Origin: Candidatus Bathyarchaeota archaeon
GTDB taxonomy: Archaea > Thermoproteota > Bathyarchaeia > TCS64
Direction: 5' to 3'
NCBI GenBank assembly: GCA_963769425.1
Contig: CAVYLP010000006.1
Span: forward strand, 224,001 to 288,000
DNA: 64,000 nt
The position numbers were made by a program, and so were the translations under genes. Positions within the stretch are counted from its first letter, which is position 1; the number at the start of each line of letters is the position of its first letter. The notes beneath the pieces were generated by a model that did not search any database, had not been told where the DNA came from, and was given only the letters and a program-made list of their open reading frames with translations. Shown here in pieces: positions 58,675-64,000 of the stretch.

Positions 58675-59918
58675 TAGCCGCTCAGGGCTCCGGCTCCGAT
58701 GAGTCGCCAGCGCCCGTCTATCCTTCTGCTAAGCGCCACGCGGTCCGTCTCCTCGCCGCAGATGGGTATGCTGAGTTTCGCCTCGAGGTAGTCCTTCTTT
58801 ACGAGTGTCACGTCCGCCATCGTCTTGGATGTGCCGACGTTGAGTAGAAGCTTCTCACCCTTGGCGATGCTCGCCACCTTCTCCTGCTCCTTGCTGCCGA
58901 CGACACTTCCGAAGAGCTTGACCTTCATGGACAACTCGTCCCTTACCGGGGGCAACGTCCCCGGCTTACCCAACATACTCCCTACTAGTCCGTCGCTCTT
59001 GCTTAGGCTTGGGTCGAGGAGGGTGCCGACGCCAACTAGACCGCCGGGTATAGCCTCCTCCACGGTTGTGCCGCCGATGTGGAGGCTCGTGATCTCGGTG
59101 ACCAGCTCCCTCATCTTGAGCTTGTTCTTGTCCCTGGTAGGGAGGCCGGGCTTTATCTCGACCTCGTCGCCAACCTTGAAGCTTCCCTGATAGATGCTTC
59201 CACCGAGAACGCCTCCACTCAGATCGTCAATGATCGTACCGGGGTTGTTTACGTCAAAGCTCCTGACTATGTGCATGCGCCCAGGCTTGTTGGGGTCCCT
59301 CTTCGGAGTGGGGAGGTATTCCTGTATCGCTTGGAGGAGCATGTCTATGTTGATGTTGTGTTGCGCGGAGACGGGGATTATGGGTGCCTCCTCCGCGACT
59401 GTGCCTTCGACGAACTTCGCTATGTCGTTATAACTCCGTATGGCGTCGTCGCGCTTAACGAGGTCGATCTTATTCTGTACAATGATTATGTTCCTGAGCC
59501 CCAGCGTATCGATGGCGGCGAGGTGCTCCCTCGTCTGCGGCTGTGGGCACTTCTCGTTAGCGGCGATGACGAGGATAGCCCCGTCCATGACTGCTGCACC
59601 GGAGAGCATTGTTGCCATCAGTATCTCGTGGCCGGGGGCGTCCACGAAGCTGATGGCGCGCTGGAACTCCGCCTTCTTACCGCATGCCACGCACTCCGTA
59701 GAGGTGCAGAAGCACTTTGGTTCCTCGCAGTCGGGGCACTTGAATATGGCGAAGTCAGCGTATCCGAGCTTGATGGTGATACCCCTCTTCAGCTCCTCGC
59801 TGTGCTTGGAAGCCCACTGCCCAGTGAGGGCCTGAACGAGCGTCGTCTTACCATGGTCAACGTGGCCGATCGTGCCTATGTTGACCTCGGGTTGCTTAGG
59901 TAGGCTAGGTATATCCAC
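58674..59918 (-). CDS. eif2g: translation initiation factor aIF2 gamma
   Basis: GHVDHGKTT, RGITI.LGYA, DAPGHE, QNKID, RSFD.N.PG, WRLIG. Confidence 0.98.
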   Translation of the reverse strand: MDIPSLPKQPEVNIGTIGHVDHGKTTLVQALTGQWASKHSEELKRGITIKLGYADFAIFKCPDCEEPKCFCTSTECVACGKKAEFQRAISFVDAPGHEILMATMLSGAAVMDGAILVIAANEKCPQPQTREHLAAIDTLGLRNIIIVQNKIDLVKRDDAIRSYNDIAKFVEGTVAEEAPIIPVSAQHNINIDMLLQAIQEYLPTPKRDPNKPGRMHIVRSFDVNNPGTIIDDLSGGVLGGSIYQGSFKVGDEVEIKPGLPTRDKNKLKMRELVTEITSLHIGGTTVEEAIPGGLVGVGTLLDPSLSKSDGLVGSMLGKPGTLPPVRDELSMKVKLFGSVVGSKEQEKVASIAKGEKLLLNVGTSKTMADVTLVKKDYLEAKLSIPICGEETDRVALSRRIDGRWRLIGAGALSG

Positions 59919-60077
59919 TTCCCCCGTGCAAACTCAAACAGTGATCCGCCTCCTCTTAAATACATTTATTGAACCTCACTGAGTCCCAAGACGCCTAGCG
60001 CAAAGGAACTTGCAGAAGAGGGGCGAACGAGAATGTTACAATTTTTTATAATAGCTATGCAGATCTAAAAGGAACTC

Positions 60078-61226
60078 TTGTTAGGTTTCTGGGAACTTGC
60101 GCCGAGGTTCGCAAACGCCTTCGTCACCATAGCGCTTGCTATACTACTCCTCAACATCTACAGAAAAGGTCGAAAAGACTTTTATCTGCTCTGGAGCCTC
60201 GGCTACCTCCTCTACGGGGCAAACATTTTCACGAGGACCTTCCTCCCCGAAGGGGGGGTAGTGCCGTTCATATTGCTAACGGGCGGCTTCACCCTGATCC
60301 TTGTAGGAATCGGCAGGCTCATAAACGGGGTAAAGAGGATGCTGATTCTCTCCGCCTCGATCCCGGTCGTCATGATCATTGTTTCCGTAACGACGGGATC
60401 CGAGAGGTTTGGCTGGCTGATATCAATCATACCATACCTGCTGGTTGGGGTCGGCCTGCTGATTATAAAGAATAGGCACCCAGTCGATTTTAATCTGCTC
60501 ATCGTGGGCTGGATGATTCTACTATTCATAAACTTGGCTCTCGCCTTCAACTGGATGAATGCGGGCTACGTCGATGTTATGGCAATCTTCGCTAAGCTGG
60601 TCATATTCTACGGGATGACAACGCCCCACTTCTCGTTCCTGGTAGACGACCTCAAGAGGTTCCTAATCATGGGGATGCCGACCAACTACAGCAATGGGCT
60701 CCAGTTCGATAGCTGCGTCCTGGTCACATCTACGAGGGGACAGAAGGCAAAGGAGATCAAGTGGATCGTTGACAGGGTGAACGACAACGTAAGACGTGGC
60801 GTAAGGAGTATTCTCGTGTCGACTTACGACCTCGTATCACCCACGGATGTGAAGACCGCAGGGATGGAGGGGGATAACATTTACCTGGTGCGAATGGTTA
60901 CTGGGAATCGCAGGGCTCCGAAGACGTTCGAGCAGCACGTGATGACCATCAACGACGACATCAATCAACTCGATCTACTCTTCACGGACGTAGTCAACTA
61001 CTCTATCGACAGGAAGATCTGCTGCGAAATAATAGTGTACTCGATTTCAAACCTCATACACACGCATGGCTGGAAGAGAGTCTACTCGTTTGCAATCTCA
61101 AAGATCCCGCAGATCAAGGGGAGCAGGGTCTCCCTGCTCTGCTTCTACTATCCCGAGACCCACGAGGACCCAACTGAGGCGTCGAAGTTCGAGAGGTTAG
61201 CGGACAGGATAGTGACGATCAGATAG
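60078..61226 (+). CDS. multi-TM membrane domain fused to a degenerate RecA/KaiC-like (DUF835-like) domain
   Basis: About 7 hydrophobic helices in the first 185 aa; soluble tail with .IIVYSIS.L and FERLAD.IV, no intact P-loop. Domain identity is inferred. Confidence 0.65.
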   Translation: MLGFWELAPRFANAFVTIALAILLLNIYRKGRKDFYLLWSLGYLLYGANIFTRTFLPEGGVVPFILLTGGFTLILVGIGRLINGVKRMLILSASIPVVMIIVSVTTGSERFGWLISIIPYLLVGVGLLIIKNRHPVDFNLLIVGWMILLFINLALAFNWMNAGYVDVMAIFAKLVIFYGMTTPHFSFLVDDLKRFLIMGMPTNYSNGLQFDSCVLVTSTRGQKAKEIKWIVDRVNDNVRRGVRSILVSTYDLVSPTDVKTAGMEGDNIYLVRMVTGNRRAPKTFEQHVMTINDDINQLDLLFTDVVNYSIDRKICCEIIVYSISNLIHTHGWKRVYSFAISKIPQIKGSRVSLLCFYYPETHEDPTEASKFERLADRIVTIR

Positions 61227-61237
61227 ACTACAACAGG

Positions 61238-62719
61238 ATGATTGAGATGTTCACCGAGTCGCTGTTGAGGGTCATGAAACCACTGCTTGAATCGAATGCA
61301 CTCGGTTTTCTGCGCGAGGCAGACATCGCGGGAAAGCAGAGGACCCTAATTGAGAGGAGAGCTAGGGAGTTCGCCTCGTGTAGGATCGGAAAAAAGCTTG
61401 GAATACACTCAGGTGTTGACTGGGGGAAGATGCCCCTAACCACCTACAGCTTCTACTACCCCTACTTCAAGAAGCCCAGTTCAGGCGATCTCTTGTACCC
61501 GCTTGAAAACTATGTTCGGGCACACACGAGCGGGACGATGGGGCGCCCGAAGAGCTTCCTCCTCCCGAAGACGGCCCTGCAGGATAATCTCCGGAAAACC
61601 GGTCTGACGTTCATGCTCCTCTGCACCCACGACGGGGAGCGGATACGCTTCGAGGTGGGGGACGTCATATACCGAAACGCCCCTGGAGGCACCTTCCTAT
61701 CCGGATTCATGCACCAAGAGGCGAACTCGATAGCCTCGAAATGGGTTAAGTCGGTACCCTCGGATGAGCTCTCCTTCAAAGACAAGGTGGAGTACTTCAT
61801 CCAGCACTACAAGGAGGTGGACGTTGCCTACATGAACGTCCCTACGCTCCTCGAGGAGGTTTACCCTCGGATCGGTGAGGAGCTGCATCTCAAGGGTTTC
61901 TACACCCAGGACAGGTCGGCGGCGATAATGAAGGAGAAGATCAGGAGGGTGACGGGGGGCTACCCGAAGGTCATCTATGGGTCGACGGAGACAATGTTCT
62001 CGGCTCTCCCCTCGATTGAGCACCCGGGCGGGTTCTTCTTCGACTGGAGGGTGATCTACCCGGAGTTCATCCCGGAGGAGAAGGCTATAGTTACAGACGC
62101 AGGGAGGATAGACGAGCCCCCAGAGATGGTCAAAATGACCGATGTCGAGGTCGGTCATCGGTACCAGCTTGTCGCGACGCCCCTGAGGAATGACCTCAAT
62201 AGGTACGTCATGCCGGACATAATGGTGTGCATTGATTCTGGAGATAGTGTACTCGGTTCCGAGGCGCCCATATTCACCTACTACGCCCGCTGCGACAAAT
62301 TAATAATGCTGCATAACTTCACCAGAATCGCTGAGGAGGAACTCGTACAGATCCTTAGGGATTCAGGAGTCCCCCTCGTTGACTTCACGGCGAGGAGGGA
62401 GATGGAGGGGACGCGGGACTACATGAAGATCTATATCGAACTGTCGAAGCCTATGGAGGAGAAAGCTGTGAAGAAACTCATAGATGAGCAGCTGGTAAGC
62501 TTCGACAAGGATTGGAGGGACTTGAAGAGTTACTTGAAGTATGACCCGTTGAAGGTCCAGATCATACCTAGGGGTTCGTTTAGTCGCTATCTCGACGCCC
62601 GCGGTGGGCTGCCGAAGGTTGAGAGAATCGAGATGCGTGACGAGAATCTCAACCTCTTACTTGAATCATCGCAGAAAAAGAGCCGTAGGAGGGTTAGACC
62701 AAGACCTTCTCCGTGTTGA
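61238..62719 (+). CDS. GH3 family/ANL-superfamily adenylating enzyme
   Basis: PLTTY..Y.PY, TSGTMG.PK, YGSTE, EFIP, Y.LV.T....L.RY...D. Confidence 0.85.
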   Translation: MIEMFTESLLRVMKPLLESNALGFLREADIAGKQRTLIERRAREFASCRIGKKLGIHSGVDWGKMPLTTYSFYYPYFKKPSSGDLLYPLENYVRAHTSGTMGRPKSFLLPKTALQDNLRKTGLTFMLLCTHDGERIRFEVGDVIYRNAPGGTFLSGFMHQEANSIASKWVKSVPSDELSFKDKVEYFIQHYKEVDVAYMNVPTLLEEVYPRIGEELHLKGFYTQDRSAAIMKEKIRRVTGGYPKVIYGSTETMFSALPSIEHPGGFFFDWRVIYPEFIPEEKAIVTDAGRIDEPPEMVKMTDVEVGHRYQLVATPLRNDLNRYVMPDIMVCIDSGDSVLGSEAPIFTYYARCDKLIMLHNFTRIAEEELVQILRDSGVPLVDFTARREMEGTRDYMKIYIELSKPMEEKAVKKLIDEQLVSFDKDWRDLKSYLKYDPLKVQIIPRGSFSRYLDARGGLPKVERIEMRDENLNLLLESSQKKSRRRVRPRPSPC

Positions 62720-63410
62720 AGACTTGGATGCCCCTCGTCGTGATTGTGTAGCTTCTAGGCTGTTCATCGAACTGCACGCCTCTCATTTTATCAATCCTAA
62801 TCGTCTTGATGAGGTTGTAGTCTCTCAGGTCTTTTGTTAGGAGGATTACGCCGTCGGCGAGGAACTGCTCCATGTAGAAGTCACCCTCCTGTGGGGCAGC
62901 CTCCGAAGTCACAATCGAGCTGCAGCCGAGTTTTCGTAGCGACTCGAAGAGTTCACCGATGACGTAGCGCTTCCGCCCGGATCTCGGTTCGTGGATGACG
63001 AGGCTAGTAAGAGGGTCGATGAAGACCCACTTTGCCTTCAGCGAATTGGCGGCATCGATTACGGTCTTGATTGTGAATAGCTCGGTGTCGCCCGTTTCAC
63101 GGTCCCGGGCGTTCACCATGTTTGCTCCCGGGATCATGAAGAGGTCGAGGGTCTTCAGCAGCCCCTTCTTCTCCCACTCGTCGAGGTTCCAGCCGAAGTT
63201 CAGCATGTTCTCCTTGATGTTGGTTAGGGGCTCCTCGAGGGTCGCGAATACACATGGTTCCCCGCGGCTGAGGGCCTGCATCATGCATTGGATTGTGAGG
63301 ATGGTCTTGCCTGCCCCAGGGCCACCGCATGCGAGGACCACCCTACCTTCCTGTAGGCCCCCACCGAGCATCTCGTCGAAGCCACTAATGCCGGTCGCTA
63401 GGAGTTTCAT
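62694..63410 (-). CDS. single-domain KaiC/RAD55-family ATPase
   Basis: TGI.GFD.ML.GG, GGPGAGKT, TLEE, FGW, FID, ADG.I.L, KMRG. Confidence 0.92.
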   Translation of the reverse strand: MKLLATGISGFDEMLGGGLQEGRVVLACGGPGAGKTILTIQCMMQALSRGEPCVFATLEEPLTNIKENMLNFGWNLDEWEKKGLLKTLDLFMIPGANMVNARDRETGDTELFTIKTVIDAANSLKAKWVFIDPLTSLVIHEPRSGRKRYVIGELFESLRKLGCSSIVTSEAAPQEGDFYMEQFLADGVILLTKDLRDYNLIKTIRIDKMRGVQFDEQPRSYTITTRGIQVFNTEKVLV

Positions 63411-63511
63411 CAGCGCTCCTCCTTGATGATAAATAGGGAGATGTGGACTTAAGCTTATGATCCGATAAATTGAAAGTTAATTATTTTAGCTGATGAAGAA
63501 GGGGAGTAGGG

Positions 63512-63925
63512 TTACTCTTTTTTCTCTTCCACGGGTTTCTCGGCGGCGGTCTCGGTTGCCTTCTCCGTCTTCTTCTTGCCCTTGGGCTGGCCCGCTATTG
63601 AGAGGTTGATGAATTTGGAGTCCAGGCTTATTGTGTTGCCGCGGATTACCTTCCTCCTCCTCTCCCCCTCAGCCTTTGGATGGAAGCCGACGCCGCCACT
63701 CAGAATGATGTGAGACTTCGCCGTGCCGTGTATGTCGGGGCGCATAGGTATGCCGTCCTTGTCGGTTCCCCCGGTGATCTTGAGCTTGTATCCTGCCATG
63801 TTGGCGACGGAGCCGTCGACTACCTCGCCTATCTTCTTGCCGATGAGCGGTGACATCCTGGCGTCCTCTAACTCGACCTTCTGGCTCTTCCCTGTCGAAG
63901 GGTCGGACACGATCAGCAGTGGCAT
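63512..63925 (-). CDS. rps6e: 30S ribosomal protein eS6
   Basis: SDP.TG, ITGG.DKDG.PMR.D, GER.RK..RGN. Confidence 0.96.
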   Translation of the reverse strand: MPLLIVSDPSTGKSQKVELEDARMSPLIGKKIGEVVDGSVANMAGYKLKITGGTDKDGIPMRPDIHGTAKSHIILSGGVGFHPKAEGERRRKVIRGNTISLDSKFINLSIAGQPKGKKKTEKATETAAEKPVEEKKE

Positions 63926-64000
63926 TGTTCTTCTTCTCCTATACGGCCCAGAGTGGGTCCTTCTTTCTCTTTACTTCTATGAGTTCCGAGAGGGCCTTGT

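Noticed and set aside
1-64000. tRNA, rRNA, transposase or integrase genes
   Set aside because: None recognised by eye; a covariance-model scan was not possible.

Overview
GC-rich archaeal chromosomal segment. The ribosomal-protein set (eS19, eL39, eL31, LX/eL20, eS1, eS6, eL15), aIF2-gamma, aIF1A and separate Kae1/Bud32/Pcc1 genes point to the TACK group, most plausibly Bathyarchaeia (inference). It holds a complete shikimate/Phe/Tyr operon (aroF-aroB-aroD-aroE-aroK-aroA-aroC-CM-pheA-tyrA, minus strand), salvage genes, several ribosomal-protein clusters, alaS, leuS, KEOPS genes, a P-type proton ATPase, glmM-glmU, a vapBC pair and AT-rich inserts. At least eight genes, including essential ones, are broken by single-base insertions, most likely consensus-sequence errors. 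Main leads: (1) a roughly 190-nt structured leader before aroF with a Phe/Tyr-rich uORF and mutually exclusive hairpins over the aroF ribosome-binding site, resembling an attenuator; (2) a roughly 480-bp helically phased palindromic repeat array between rps15 and rdgB, possibly an origin or centromere-like site; (3) a membrane sensor + GH3 adenylating enzyme + KaiC module inserted in the rps6e-eif2g cluster; (4) a short bacterial-type AlaRS. All assignments come from motif recognition by eye; no database searches were run.
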